64,000 nucleotides of DNA from Octopus bimaculoides (GCF_001194135.2 NC_068990.1:84159634-84223633); one strand, 5' to 3'; shown: positions 1-14,700, numbered from the stretch's first letter. Notes: generated by a model not told the origin, from the sequence alone. A program made the numbers and translations.

Positions 1-1334
1 CTATCATAAATATGCTTACACTGAGTATATTTGATGAAGAAAACATTATCATTATTATTATTATTATTATTAAATGTAAAACAGAAGCAAAACAAGAATA
101 GTTTATTTCTTTTATATTTATATATTTATTTTGATTGTTTGACAAAGGATTTCAAAATCTGAAACATCGAAATGCAAAGGAAATAACAAAAAGTATAAAC
201 AAACCACTGTTTTTGTTTGGTTTTCGTTTTGTTTCTGTTTTCTCTTTAATTTCAAACTTGCATTATAGAGGCTTTGTTAAACATTATTATTCTATTTCAC
301 AATGCTTCATATTAAGTAAATAATATCTAAGATGTTACAAGTGAAAGGCTTTAACTGTTTTGACACTGACCAATAAATACACTTTAATATTTCTTATCCA
401 TATGAAAGTGTTGATCTGTGACCATTTTACATTCAATGATTTTAAAGATTGATAATTTTCAGTTAATAAAACACATGATTTGTTGTAATTCAAGATTTTC
501 TAAATTCAGCTAAAGTTGTTTGCAAAACAAAGAATTTTGATTTTGGAATAGTTTTCATTCTAAATAAAAGCAGAGTTATTTGTAAGGGATTTAAATATGG
601 TCATTGTATCTGCCCCAAATGAATATTAACAATGGTGAACACTTAAATCAGCAGATGTAAAGTAAAACAATTGAATGGAAGATAATTCATTCTCTTTGAT
701 AATGGAATCATTTAATTTGCTCCTTCAGAGATTTTGGTAATATAATTTGGAAGATGGAATGAGACTTTTAGACACAAAGGAGATAAAATGTCATGTTATT
801 CATTAGATTAAACACAAATCCAATTGAAGCTGATGTTTCTTTGAAATGCTTTCGACAGAACCACCAGAGTTGTACACTGAAAGCTAAAACATACAATTCA
901 GTTGAAACATGAAGATCTTGTTATCTAGGGACCACAATATTGATTTATTTGTTAGGCATGAATTTACAGATGAAAAATATGTCAATGTCCTCTAAGCTTT
1001 TAAATGCTGGTGCTTATACAGATGAGAGACGAATCTCTTTAATAGGATAGGAAGGATGTCAGTCTATAATAACACTCCCTAATGATCTGATATTTATTCT
1101 TTAGAAGTGGACTTCCCAAATCCACAACAAAATACTGGTGATAGTTTTGAAATCAAAACCTTTCCAAGGGTTGTCCATTCTATTCAGCTATTTCACTCTT
1201 GCACAAATGTAGAGACACTAAAAGAAAGATATTTATGACTTCTATTAGCACTATAAGGGGAAAGAATTGTCTTCAGTTAAATCTGACCAATTCACAGGTT
1301 ACTTCTAACTCAAAAACACACACTACATCCAAAG

Positions 1335-2060
1335 TACAGGGTGCGTAAGGTATTTGAGGACATACCTTTTTTGGGGTCATTGCTGCATTTTTTGCTAACT
1401 CTGTATAATCTTGTTTCAGAAAATAATAATGGCAAACCTTCAGCTTACTCAAGAAATGAAGAGGCATGCTGTTATTGTGGTTATAAAGGCTGAGCATAGC
1501 GATTTAGAAATATCTCAATTTTTAAAAATTGTCAGAACTTTCATCTACAAAGTTCGTAAGGAGTTAGAAACTGGAGATGGAAATGTATCACCAGTATCAA
1601 AGCATAAAAAGCATTCTAAATGCTATGAAACCATCAGAACACCTGAATTTATCCAGCAAGTTCAACAGACCATTGATTACAAACCCAGAAAGTCCATGAG
1701 ATCAATTGCAAAAGATCTCCATGTGTCAGAAGGAACAGTCAGAAATGTTGTCTACGAAGACATCAAATATAAGTCTTATATGATGAAGAAAGGTCACTTT
1801 GTCAGAAAAAGCAAAAGAAAATCACTATATCAGATCTAAAAGGCTCTTAAACAAACTGAAAAATCCAGCAGTGGTTTTTCTCAAACGAGAAAAACTTTGA
1901 CCAAGATCAAAAAGTTAACAGAAGAAATGACAGATGGTTATGTGCAGACTCTTCTGAAGTTCCAAGTGTTACACATACAAAATTTCCTGCAGTTATCATG
2001 GTTTTGGGGGTTGTCAGCAATGAGAGACATGTGATACTCCCTTACTTCTTTCCACTCTGC
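1335..2060 (+). mobile_element. Decayed Tc1/mariner (maT/DD37D-like) transposon
   Basis: Starts TA-CAGGGTG. ORF 1411-1839 has HTH-like segments (EISQFLKIVRTFIYKVRK; KSMRSIAKDLHVSEGTVRNVV). After a frameshift it reads WFFSNEKNFDQDQKVNRRNDRWLCAD..TKFPAVIMVLGVVSNE (first catalytic D mutated to N). The 3' part and right TIR were not found. Confidence 0.9.
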
Positions 2061-4157
2061 TGCCTAAATTAAGGTCCTGGAAATAATTAAGTCCTGCATA
2101 GCCAGGTTCAATTCAAAGAAGCCTATCCAGGGGAAGATTTATTTCTTCAGCTTAACACCAAGGAAACTAGAGACAATGTACCTGATCTGGACTTCCTTTC
2201 AGTTGAATGACCAGAGGAAGATAATAGCTTGCAAATAGTTGAAAACTATGAACCTACTGTGACACCTTTATGACTGACATAATCTAAGAACTGAAGCCAT
2301 TATAGTTCATCCAATCAAAATCCTTTAAAAACATAAAAAAATAACTTAAGCTGGCATTAGTGATTCAGCAATAAATCTAGTTAGTTTAAGATGATATTGA
2401 GCAGAACTTTAATTTATCCAGATAATTTTTCACAATTATAAGCTTAAACACAATCATAGGCTTAAGTGGCTTAAGCATTTTAGATCCATTATGGAGCCAA
2501 CTACAATCTTTTACTGCAACTTTACAATAGTAAATAATTAGTAACAGAGATAAGACTACAGGAAAGTACAACATAGCTTTGTTAGAAATAAGGAAAAGTT
2601 TCATACTGGTGTTTTTTTTTTCTAAAACTGAGGAGCAAAGGTAATGACCTGTTAGATTGAGGGGTACGGATAATCAGGTGGGTTTACAGTGGTTAATAGT
2701 CAATTTGATTTTTTTAAGATTAAATAGCCACAACGTATACAGTAGTAGCAAGAAGAGCGTTGTAAGGTATTAAATTTGATACTAAGTCTCTTTCATTCCA
2801 TTACCCAATAGGATATAATAAGAGACTTGGTATTTCATTGTCAGTTTGTAGTCCTCCCCCTTCAGATGCATCAATCTAGCTATGGGCACATCAAGCTAAC
2901 TTGGTGTGTTTACACCTGTGTGTCTACAGCAAGAAGTTTTCTCCATGACAAAAATACAGTGAATGGCTTTCTTATGGGTTCAAATATGTCTGAAGCATAT
3001 TTGAACTGATAAATTTATAAGTAATATTTTTGTAAAAATGTCCCTTTGCAAAGTGTTGGTAAGTTATATAATTAGAATAATATATTAGAATTTTCTTTTT
3101 AGGTTTTCACTGGTTATATTTGACAATGTAATGTAAACTGGAAAACAATCGTTTTTAACAACTAATGTTAAATAGATAAAACTGAACTGCCTTCACTATT
3201 AATTTCAGAATCAACAAAACAGACACTTTTATTATGAGTAGCTAGACATATATGTCCAACGAAAAGAGAACTACTTCAGTGAATATAATTAAGCTATACA
3301 CTCATATTCTTGATTAATATCTTTGCCATCAAACAACTGCTAACCAAAGATGTAGTCAGTCATTCAACACCCTGCCATCTTAAAATTAGAAAGGATGTAT
3401 TAAATAATGCACTCCTAGGTATCTCTATAAAAAAAAAAAATACAAGATAGTCACAGCTGAAATCTTTTGACCACATGTCTAGTGGATCAGAGTTGACCTG
3501 AAACTGAACAATACCTGTTAATCCTATAATGCCAAAATTATTTATATGCACCAAAAATGTTATTTATAGATCTTTTTCTATTTAAGAGCAAAAAGTATAA
3601 TTCGCTGAAAAATGTTAATTTTCTTGCATATAGACAGACACATACATATATCATTTTACATCCACATCTTTTGCTGACATGGGTTAGACAGGCTGCACAG
3701 TCAACGTCAGTAGATATTTGAGAGTGCTATTTACCAAAACAGCATCAAAGGACCATATCTCTCTCATGAATTTTATTGCTGGCTTAGTTTCTATAGCTAC
3801 ACCCCCTACCCACTCCACCTTCCTAACACCAACCATTTTACAGAGTGTACTGAGTGTGTGTGTGTGTGTGTGTTTTCTTGTGGCACCAACACTAAAGAGG
3901 TAGTCATGTCACAGCTAAGAGTTATAGGTAACATAATCTAATACCTGCTACATGGTCAGTTTATTGACAACAAAACTTTCACCCTTCAATATTGCTGGCC
4001 TTGTGCCTAAATAAGAAACATTATTATATTATTAGACGCATTGGTTAAACTATTTCCTCGGTTATTCATGCGTATGTGTTAACTTTTGGGGGGGGGGAGT
4101 GCTTTGCATCAGTATTAGGACAGTTTTCTTGGTAACAGTCAAGTTAGTTAATGCACA

Positions 4158-4308
4158 TCATCATCATCATTTAACGTCCGCTTTCCATGCTGGCATGGGT
4201 TGGATGGTTTGACTGAGGACTGGTGAGCCAGAGGCTGCACCAGGCTCAATCTGATCTGGCAAAGTTTCTACAGCTGGGTGCCCTTCCTAACGCCAACCAC
4301 TCCGAGAG
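4158..4308 (-). mobile_element. RTE-tail-related SINE/LINE 3' end with (ATG)n tail
   Basis: catcatcatcatttaacgtccgctttccatgctggcatgggttggatgg..cccttcctaacgccaaccactccgagag. Related copies at about 12690, 27640, 43270, 51320 and 62420. Confidence 0.8.
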
Positions 4309-4877
4309 ATCTTAATTGACAGAAAAAATAAGACAGACAAGGATGAAATAAGCTATAAACCAAATTTGAGAAAACATGACCCACCCGAGTAAGAATCAAC
4401 ATCAATGATTCATTCACTAAGCTACTCAACATCAAGGATGGGGGAAAAAATTTCTACAGTTTTTCTTTCCTAAAACCTTCATTTTAATTCATCATGTAGA
4501 CAATTAATCTAGGTGTTTTCAAAGAATGACCAAGGTTTCAAGCAAACTATAGTCCCAAAATCTCAATACCACCACAGCCTGTAAAATGTATTCAGAAACA
4601 TGAAAGTTGGCTATCAGCTGCAGTACAAATTTTCACTCTTCAAACTGAAATGTGATAATCCACAATTAAAATTAAATTTTTAACTATTCTTTTAACCTTG
4701 CTGCAGCCATTTTTAAATATAAATTCAATTAAACTGTGACCAAAACTTATTTTATCAGAACCTTTATCAAAGATCATGACACAAGTATTATTTTCAATCT
4801 GATACCCAAAACTTTATAAATATCAGAAAGCAAACAGTAGATAACAAGCTTATGATTACAATAATTATTGTTGGTTG

Positions 4878-5000
4878 GCAAGGCTGTGAGCCAGCAGGAT
4901 TATTAGTGCATTGGACAAACTGGTTAGCAGCATTTCTTCCAGCCCCTCATATTCTGTGTTCAAATACTGCCAAGATCAACTTAGCTTTCATCCTCAACTG
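4878..5000 (+). mobile_element. Second tRNA-derived SINE family (GGCAGAATCGTTAG..GTTCAAAT..GACTTTGCCTTTCATCC type)
   Basis: gcaggattattagtgcattggac..ttctgtgttcaaatactgccaagatcaacttagctttcatcc. Other copies at about 15795-15985, 32100-32260, 42530-42860, 54745-54870, 55312-55440 and 60620-60745. Confidence 0.7.
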
Positions 5001-5077
5001 GTTACGGTCAAACAACTGACAAGCAAATCTGTGGTATTGAGCAGAAATATTTGCTGTAGCCCATCTTTTATATTATG

Positions 5078-5128
<51 letters not shown>
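5078..5128. repeat. (ATT)n microsatellite
   Basis: Direct reading; source of the poly-Ile ORF 5075-5284. Confidence 0.98.
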
Positions 5129-6400
5129 TTCAGTATCTTCACAGAGTTCAAAATGGCCATCATTTCTGAGATGACAGGGTGGGATTTAAGAAGTTCAACA
5201 GCCAATTCTAACAAGTCGGGAAACTACATAGAAGTTCCCTGGTCAATGCCAAGCACTTTACTGGTACTGCTAGTATGTCCTTGAGAAAAGCATGAATGTC
5301 ACAACTTTCCCATTTCATCCTTCCTCTATTGATATATAGTCTGCATGACTAGTGACAAAAAATAAAACACAAAACTCAACATTAACTCAGAAAATTATAA
5401 CAGTTTTATTTCATTTTCACATCTTAATTAATAGAGTCGGTAGTTTCCAGATGGAAACGCAATAAAACAGAGATATCTTTCAGTTATAAATGATGCAGTG
5501 TAATGTAATACAAGTATTGATGAGAACTATCCACCGACCATGAATATGTTCTAAGGCAGTTTTATAAAAGGAAAGGATGGAGAGGGGGGTCGATAAAAGA
5601 GTTATTTTAAGAGAGATCAATTATATAGCTACCAAAGAGAAATTGCTTGTAAAGTTTGAAACCATAAAAACAACAGCACATATGCACACAAACACACATA
5701 CACACATAACCGCAGTCTCACACATAACCAGTCTCACACACAAACACGTAATGTTTATGATCCATTAGATATTTAAATTAATAAAATGAAATTTATGAAA
5801 CACACAAGAGCACACACACCAACACACACACACTAGCAAAGATTAAACTTCTACTGTTCACAGAATAATGAGTAATTTAACAAAATCCTGAAGCAAAAAC
5901 AACCAGTTCAAGTAATTAACACAAAACTTGCAGCACAATGAAAATAATCTTTTTTTTTTTTGTTTTTATTTTGGTTGTTGTTTCCTCCCTACCTTACTTC
6001 AGACATAAAACAATAGCATTTGTCTTGGATAGAAGAGTAAACTCGGTGTATTGGTAGAAACAGGTCTAATTGTACTAACAACCAGATGCCATGTAGATGA
6101 CTATTAATAATGATGATAATACAAAGAGAAAAGAAGGAAATTGGGTTAACTATGCTACAATTGAACTTTGTTACGTTTAACTAGCAACTTAAACATTACT
6201 AATCAGCAAATGATAGGATAGTGGGATAAATAACCAGTAGACTTTTAGTATAGTATTTAGGTTTGCTATACGAATTAACTAATTGCACAAACCAACAAAG
6301 AAACCTATATGCAGTCACTTAACCTACTGAAAACAGCAGCCAAATATCATCCCAAATCACAAACTATTTCTCAAAAGAGAAAGGACAACACAGTGAACTG

Positions 6401-6690
6401 TGTTGTTGTTGTTGGCACTCCATCGCTTACGACGTCGAGGGTTCCAGTTGATCTGATCAACGGAACAGCCTGCTCGTGAAATTAACGTGCAAGTGGCTGA
6501 GCACTCCACAGACACGTGTACCCTTAACATAGTTCTCAGGGATATTCAGCATGACGAGGCTGACCCTTTGAATTACAGGCACAACAGAAACAGGAAGAAA
6601 GAGTGTGGGGATGGTACTTAATTTATCATCCCCAAAAGGATGAAAGATAAAGTCGATCTCAGCAGAATTTGAACACAGAACATAGTAATG
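6401..6690 (-). mobile_element. Composite SINE with (CAA)n tail
   Basis: On the minus strand: a tRNA-like head (gttcaaattctgctgagatcgacttt..tttcatcc), a CpG-retaining body (gcacgttaatttcacgagc..cgacgtcgtaagcg) and an (AAC)n end. Confidence 0.7.
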
Positions 6691-6701
6691 GGCTTAAAAA
6701 T

Positions 6702-7276
6702 GATCATATCTGACTCCTCTGGAACTTCACTGTTCAAACTAACAGAAAGATAGATGCGAATAGGTCAGACATTATATTGAAAGACTTCAGACAAAAATCA
6801 TGCCTCCTCATTGATATAACTGTCCCAACTGACATAAATGTATCTGTCAAGACCTACCAAAAACTGAGCAAGTATAATGATCTTGAAATAGAAATTGGCA
6901 AAATGTTGAACCTCAAGACTAAAACAATACCTGTTGTCATAGGTGCCCTAGGAATGATAACAAAAGGGGGCAATTCCTACCTAGTTCAGATACCAACAAA
7001 CCCTAAAATAGCAGAAATTCAAAGGATAGTGCTCATAAGAACTGCCCATATCCTACATAAAATACTGTCTATGTAATCTCAAATTTTAAAACAAACTTAT
7101 AATTTTCTTATGGTTTCTTAAACATTCTCTAGAACAATACGATGTGCAAAACCAAATATATGACACCCTAGGTATAACAGCAACTTGAACTTGTAACTTG
7201 TCTCTTGAGGTCTCTGTGTGAGACTTGGAGCCAAATTGTACAACTATAAAGCAAAAGTCAAACATATAATAATAAT
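6702..7276 (+). mobile_element. 5'-truncated non-LTR retrotransposon, RLE endonuclease domain (R4/Dong-like)
   Basis: ANRSDIILKDFRQKSCLLIDITVPTDINVSVKTYQKLSKYNDLEIEIGKM..TIPVVIGALG is a PD-(D/E)xK restriction-like endonuclease C-terminus. The 3' UTR ends in TAATAATAAT. Confidence 0.88.
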
Positions 7277-7613
7277 GAACTTGGGATTTCCAGTCCATTT
7301 CGATTCATTAGTATATTTATCAGATAAACTGATAATTCACTATACAACAATAAATCTACAGAATAGAAAACTTCTATCCTGAGGGGTTTACTTGTGTATT
7401 AATATTGTTTTTGATAAAATGATACATCAGTTTAAATCACTTTGAAAAAATTTAAATGTCTTTGAAATTATTTTGTAAACATTTACTCTTAGGAAGATTG
7501 GTCAATGACTAATAAAAAAAAATGTTTAATGCATTCAATAATGTAAGTCTTCTAGATAATTTTGTAAAGAAATCAGGATTTTAAATTGTGTAAATAAAAA
7601 GATACCCAGGAGA

Positions 7614-7651
<38 letters not shown>

Positions 7652-9875
7652 GAGAATAGTTTCAAAAAGATATGCTCAAATCTTACTACAGTCCTGTACT
7701 ACACACCTGAACAAAAACACAAATCTCTTTTCTCTAGTCTGCTTGACTGACAAAAATAACAAATTCTCCTCCCACTTAACAGTTAAGAAAAGTAAAGCAT
7801 TTGTTACACTTGGGTGATGTAAAAAGAAGTCTGTTAAAAAAGAATTGTTTAGCAATTCTACCTGTTTGACAAGTGATTTGATCTTCATGAGGTCAATATC
7901 CAATTTTAAAATATAGCATAAGTAATTTTATTTCCAGTTATAACCGTGATATACCAGATCAGGAGAAAACAAAAATAAAATCTATATTTTTAAAGAAGTC
8001 TAACAGTAGTCTTCTAATTCTAAAAATTCTTTGCATTTTTCTTAAATTATAACCAATCCAAGCAGGTACACAGTATACTTCTATTATAAAACATTGCCTC
8101 CAGCTAACATGAAAATGAAAACAAGCTGGTTTCATTATCAAAGCTAAAATCTTATTGCAGCTGAAATTATATCATGTAAGAAAAAAGACTGGGGGCAAAA
8201 TAATTTACTCAGAACAAAAGACAGGGTCATAGGTGCTGATTAGTATTGTATCAATGGTAGGGTTGTATGTGTTTAGGAAATGTGGTACTGAATAGAAATG
8301 TTCTTAACACGCATAGAACTGCATGTACATCATGCTTGTATTTAGCTGAATATAACAATATTTTATGTGATTGATGTTATTCCATTTACTGTTGAGCAAG
8401 GTTTTGAGTGAGATTAAAAAAGACAAGATATTGCTTGAGAAGTGTTTGTACTTAATAAACAATAACTTTGTCTAATAAGTGTGGTTTGTGGCTTGACAAA
8501 GTATCATAGATCTAATAGTTGTTCAAGTTGTTAGTGATCCACATATTAAAGTTTCTGTTTTGAATTTTCATCATGTAACCAACAAGTATTTCATTTCTGG
8601 TATACTAACTCTATGACTCAATTATCTTGTATATTCAACCATTTTTAAGACAGCAAGGTGAAATATGAAGACGTGACAGGTAGAAACATAGAAGTTCTCT
8701 CAGTTCATCTAATATATATTGTTGTTTATACACTGAGCAAAGCACATGATATTATTAAGTTGGTGTATGGGACAAAGTGACAATACATATTTGCATAAAA
8801 TTATGATAGCAGATTCAAACTTATATAAGAACACTTTAAAAAAGACAGTTTTGTATCATAGAACCAGAGGCAGTCTTAGGCTGGTGGTTGGTATTGAAAG
8901 GTTTAAAATAGGTAACTGGGGAAAGCAACCTGCAGGTTTCAATCATATTTGACTCCTAGCAAAGCATAGAGGGAATACAGTGGCACTGATTATGGATATC
9001 TGCTTCAGGCAATTTGTTCTGCACACTAAATGTGGCAAGGTTTTGCATATGATTAACTGAGATTAACCATGCAATTAGCAGGCAAAAATTCTTTAGTAGG
9101 GGTGTAAAATTATCAACAAGAAGCAAAGGAGATAAGTCAGTTGATTAAAATTTTGGGACAATATAATGCAATGTAGATCTGGTTTCCAAACTGAGTTGTT
9201 TTCACTGGTTGGCTTCAAAGGCCAGATCGTTCTAATATGAACTGATAATAGTGTTCCAAAATTGCAGTCAGCTGATTTTAGAACTATTTTCTTTGCTTGT
9301 TGTTCTTGATTCTTAGCTCCTTTCTTCTCTTTTTTCTTTTTTTTGTTGGGGTGGGGAGTTCAAACACCCAAAGAGGAAGATTTTGTTTATTAATTGCAAG
9401 GGTATTCTCGGTTTTTCAATTCACTATATTACATATGTATTTGTATTTAATACGTAGAACACTTCCCTGAGATATTTCTCCTTGTCCATTTTATGGGGAA
9501 GATACATGTAAAACACTAGAAAGGAAGAAAAACATATACTCAGCAGTGAAACTGAAGTAGACACTACCAACCCTCTATAGGTGCAGAAGTCGGCAGGTTA
9601 TTGTCAATACCTAACAATACCTACCGATGTTATTGTCAATACCGATGACAATACCTAACCCACTTTGCACAAACGAGTGAGTTCAGGTGTGGCTGCCTAG
9701 GTAAGAAGTTTCTTTCAGTTTCAACCTTGTACTGCACTGCAGACAAATGTCTTTTTAGTATAGCATTGGGTTAGCCACAAGCTTTATAGCTAAAAATTGG
9801 ATGGCGGAATCTGTGTGGAATCCCATTGAAGGGAGTATTCCAGTTTTGGGGTGTAGTTTTAATTTAATACCTCAT

Positions 9876-10084
9876 TTAACCGTTTGGTATTTTAAACTTG
9901 TCATATCCAGCCCAAATATTCAACCTGTTTTATGTTCAAACTGATCAGATCTCTCTTCACACACCTATTCTACAATGTCATTCCAATTATACACAATCAC
10001 ATCATCGAAATTTCAAAGCTACAAATATTACATGGTTAATTTAAGATAATGTGAATAAATAAGAAATACATTTGACAGAGTTAA
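9876..10084. mobile_element. piggyBac-type MITE, decayed copy
   Basis: Shares internal sequence (catatccagcccaaatattc..aaagctac..aatgtgaataaa..catttgacagag) with the 33806 copy. Confidence 0.65.
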
Positions 10085-13000
10085 AGCTACAAAGAGCTGT
10101 CTTTCCAGCTCTCACTAAATCACAAAAGCAAAAGGTTTGGTGGAGGGCGAAGAACCAGGTACAAGAATGTTTCCCATCATCTACTCAATCATTAGTGCAT
10201 ATGATACTAACTCAAACCAGTGTAAACTAGGTACTAATCATGACCCCAATTTACCATCCCACATCAATAAGAAGGAACTTGGAATTGCCACCCTCTCTTG
10301 TTCATAAGGATAACAGGATGAAGAGAGAGACTTTTAAAAACTCCAAACACTACATAAACATTCAAGAATTAATGACTCATGTTTTAACTAACTGTAAACA
10401 CAGTACATATCCGTATTAGTAGGAACAGAATAGTTTCAGTCAATTTTGGATATTTGCATATCGATGCAGCAAATGGTTTTTTTTTTTAGCTTTATAGCTG
10501 CAGCAGTTAGCCAGACAGACCGATCATAACGTGTATATCAATTATACGTACATTATCAATATATATACATACTCACACACAAAATGATAGAGCATGCATT
10601 ATCAAAACACATTTTATTATAAAGACATAGTCAAATAGACATACATTTTATACATGTATACATCTATAAAATAGTTGACAGCAAGAACCATAGAAAACAT
10701 GTCACAGTGTAATATACAAGTGGACTTTGCAAGCCACATAGCAGGAAACCCATTTAGAAGAGAAGTAACTCCAACTAAGAACTGATCCAAAATAGAGGGG
10801 ACTCTTTACTTTTCTAGAGAGGACAATGTCTCTGGCATGACTGACGGAACCCAGCACACTCGGTAAATGACTGGTAATCAGAAAAGCATCCTGTCATTGG
10901 AAATACATTAATATGAAACGTATGAGCAATATATAGACTCTGAAAACCACATTGCAGGTTTCCCTTCAAGGAAGGGATTAACTCCAAATTAGAATTAATA
11001 CAGAGTAGGGGGCGATACTTTTGTTTGGCCTTACATAAAGCGACTTCTTTAGTGCCAATAGCACTAGAAAATATACAGAGTCCACACTAAGAAATACACA
11101 ACACCAAAGTTGGATACTTTTTTTTCTATTGCTGTGTATGCAACGTGACAAATCATCACACTCAACCCAACACAGAAAACAGTTGTAAAGTGTGTGTGTG
11201 TGTACACCAAATCCCCTGGATATTACTGGCTTGAGTAGGACTCATTGGGTCAGTTACCCAGTTTCTATGACACGTAAGTGATCAAAATCACAACATTCTC
11301 CCTGACCAGGATGCAAGTCTGTCACAGGGTTATTAATTTACAGCTGAGTGGACTAGAGTGATGTGAAATGAAGAGTTTCGCTCAAGAACACAACACACTG
11401 CCTAGTCTGGGAGTCAAAACCACAATCTCGCAATTGTGAATGCAACTATCCTAACCACTTGACCATCTGACAGCTCGTGTGTGCCTGTGTCTGTGTGCGC
11501 ACACACACTTATGTATGTATGTGTACACACGCGCACACAGACACCACAAGGTCATGTTTTAATTATTTAATATATGGTAATTATTTGTTTCTAATTATCT
11601 TAAGCTAATAATAGGAAATTATCAATATGACACTATGTGATTACAAAATGAACAACTACAGATTAAAGAGTGACTTATATATCAACTAAGATAGATACAG
11701 TTTACAATGCACAATGAAGATCTTTGACAACTGTGAGAACTTAATTTGTAAAAAAATAAGCTCAGTAATGCAGAAGAGTCACTTGTAAAGAAAATAACAT
11801 AATTTAACCAGAATAAGAACTATAATCCAAAATGGCACCCTGTCTAATTTTTAATATATTTACATAAATGTATTTTTTACATACAAGTTTTATGTTATAA
11901 ACATCTATTTAATATAGAGACTGCTGCATTGCCATGATGAGGAACTTTGTTCCTAATTATAGAGAGCTACACTGGCAAGAAAATTAGTCTTCCTGGCAGA
12001 TTCAAACAGATTGGGCAGGTCAAAGGGTAGAAAGCAAACTAAAGAGTGGTCCCTGGTCCTTCTCATTAAGAATCTGGCATAGTGTTAGAATCCTTACACT
12101 GTAAAAGCCTTACATCTACTACAAAAACACTGACAAAGGGACCAAAGCAAATTTCACAGTTCTAAAGATCAGAAAGAATCTTGCAAAGAGAGAATGAAGT
12201 ATTGCAACTCAAACTGAAAGGATGTTGCAAGGTTGATGTTTTTCCCAACATCCAAGAGCAAAACCAAAATAGGTTCACAGAACATCATATTTTATTGTCA
12301 TTAACAGTGTTTTCTCTTATCACATTTTTTTCTTTAATGTGTGCATGTATGTCTGTCTCTTTTATCTAGAAACAAAAGTAAGGAAACTCTATTCAATACA
12401 AGAAAAGGCTCTACTCCAACTTTCTGTTTGTATGATATTCTACCACCCAGTCTTCTTTAGGAATATATATATTCAGTCCTTGTGTAGCACCTTGTAGAGT
12501 GTCTACTATAGCCCTGGGCCAACAAAAGCCTTAAGAGTGGATTTGGAAGACAGAAACTAAAAAAAGCTCATTGTATATGTATATATTTTATATGTGTGGT
12601 GTTGTATGTCTGTGGGCACCCTTGTTTTGACATATGATTGTAAGCAAACATCACTATCACACAAGCCATATTCATTTCTGGCCTTCCATGAAAAACATGT
12701 CTCGCCATGGATATTGCCTTGCTTGGAAACAAGTAAAGACTGGTAACAGAAAGGTTGTCTGGCTGTAGAAAAAATTCTGCCTAAAAAAATTCTATCTGGC
12801 CCATAAAAGCATGGAAAAAAGGGTGTTAAATGATAATGATGTATATGCACATATATAGTTGTGTGTATGTGTACTGACACACACAGACACAAGATCCAGG
12901 AAACCCACAACTGGCAACATTTCTCTACACCGAGCTAAGCAGCATATAAACAAACACAGCAACATCAAATGTGAGCAGTCACAAGACTGTTGACCCATCA

Positions 13001-14669
13001 TTACATTATCCATTGTCATCTCACCTGCATATATAACATCATAAATATTAAAAAGCTGTGTATTTGTGTGTGCACTACAAATTTACACAAGGCAGCTAGT
13101 CAAATAAAAGGAGAGAAGAGGAACAACTTGCATGAGAGACAGAAGAGGAGGGGGGGGTCTCCATCAACAGCAACCAGTGTTTTGCAGTTAGATTACCATT
13201 GTTCCACGATGGCATATGATCAAACTCACTATCAGCGTAAATACGTTCAGTACATTTTGCTGAAGAATTTTGCACCATTTCCACCTTTTACAAATTCTTT
13301 ACTTTATTTCCAGTGTTTAACATAATAAGTGAATTAACAACAAACTAGTTTTAGTGCAATGATTCAAAGTATTGTTTGTGTTATCATAAATTATAAAGCA
13401 GACTTTTTTTTTTTTTTTGTGGCCAAAGATATTTAACAACACAAATTATTACTGTAGTCTGCATTTTATTAGTCTTTATCAGTTCCACTATTATTATCAT
13501 TATCTTTATCTATTGAATTTGTCTGTTTATTCCTATTTTGCAGTATCTAGGTTTATCCACTTTATTTCTTCTCTTTTTATGAAATACCACAGTTAATTTA
13601 TCAAATGAAGAGAAGCTTCTATTTGGTCTTTTACATGCTAAGAATAGCAGCTAAATCCCCCTTAAATCTCACCCTTTTAAGAAACAACGAACACTCATCT
13701 AAGCCTAGANNNNNNNNNNAAAAAAAAAAAAAAAAACTATGTTCACTGCCAAAACAACTCTTCCACTCAAAGTTTGATTATGCAACTAAATGATAACATC
13801 GCAAAGAGAGGTGGAGGAACTTAAATGCTGAAGAAACGGTGTAGAGGTCAGCAGATTCTATAATCAACACTATTGTGTCTATGATCAAGATATTTACCAC
13901 TCAAGTGACCGAGGTTAGTACCTAGCTGAAATTAGATATAGCAAGGGAGGAACAAATTACCATTGCTTATGGCAGCAACACTGTAAACTTTACAAAGAAT
14001 TCTTCATGAACAAGGGTCAGGAGATAGAGTTGAGCCATTATGATTTGCTTTGAACTAAGGTCTGGGCCTGATGACACACAGTGTAACAGTTAGGCCATTC
14101 TATATGAATCGTATTGACCATCAGATGATATCTTTCTCAGCTGCAATGGAATCCTAACCCCAAACAGACACAGTGGTCAATCAAACTTCAGGCAAGTGAA
14201 ACATGTAACATAATTTTAATTTCTAGCTGTAGCCAGTCATACTTATGCAACAAAAGCCATGGAAGACATGGATTTCATTTCTCACTCTGTAAATTTACAG
14301 TCTTGTGTCCAAGTCAAAAATATAATATATACATGATGATATATACATGATAATATGAGGTAACTGTAGTGAAGTTGTGAAATGTTCTGAAACCTTTGTT
14401 ATCAAGTTTACACCTTCTGATTCCAAATTCAAACTTTGTCATGGTCTAATTTTCTTTACAACTCTAGATCTGCATAATCTAATGTAGACTTCCTTTTTCT
14501 GGAGAGAGTAAAGTGTGATTTGAGAAAACTTTGGCTGTTATTTCTAGCAAGTCAAATAACCATGTAGAAGTGTCTTCATCAGCTCACTTTCAAGGTGATT
14601 TGTACGGGTACCAGTTTTAACCATATCACTTTCTTCCTCTACTACAGATTGCTTAATCAAGAAAAACCA

Positions 14670-14700
<31 letters not shown>

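Noticed and set aside
2980-3008. 11-bp perfect hairpin GTTCAAATATG-loop-CATATTTGAAC, and a 16-bp palindrome CCTAAGTATACTTAGG at 39284-39299
   Set aside because: Too short for a miRNA precursor, and compatible with chance or local template switching in AT-rich DNA.
5998-6100. Minus-strand exon-like segment (taatag|..GAA|gtaagg) open as HLHGIWLLVQLDLFLPIHRVYSSIQDKCYCFMSE
   Set aside because: Not PIP4K2-like, phase incompatible with the other candidates, no recognisable homology.
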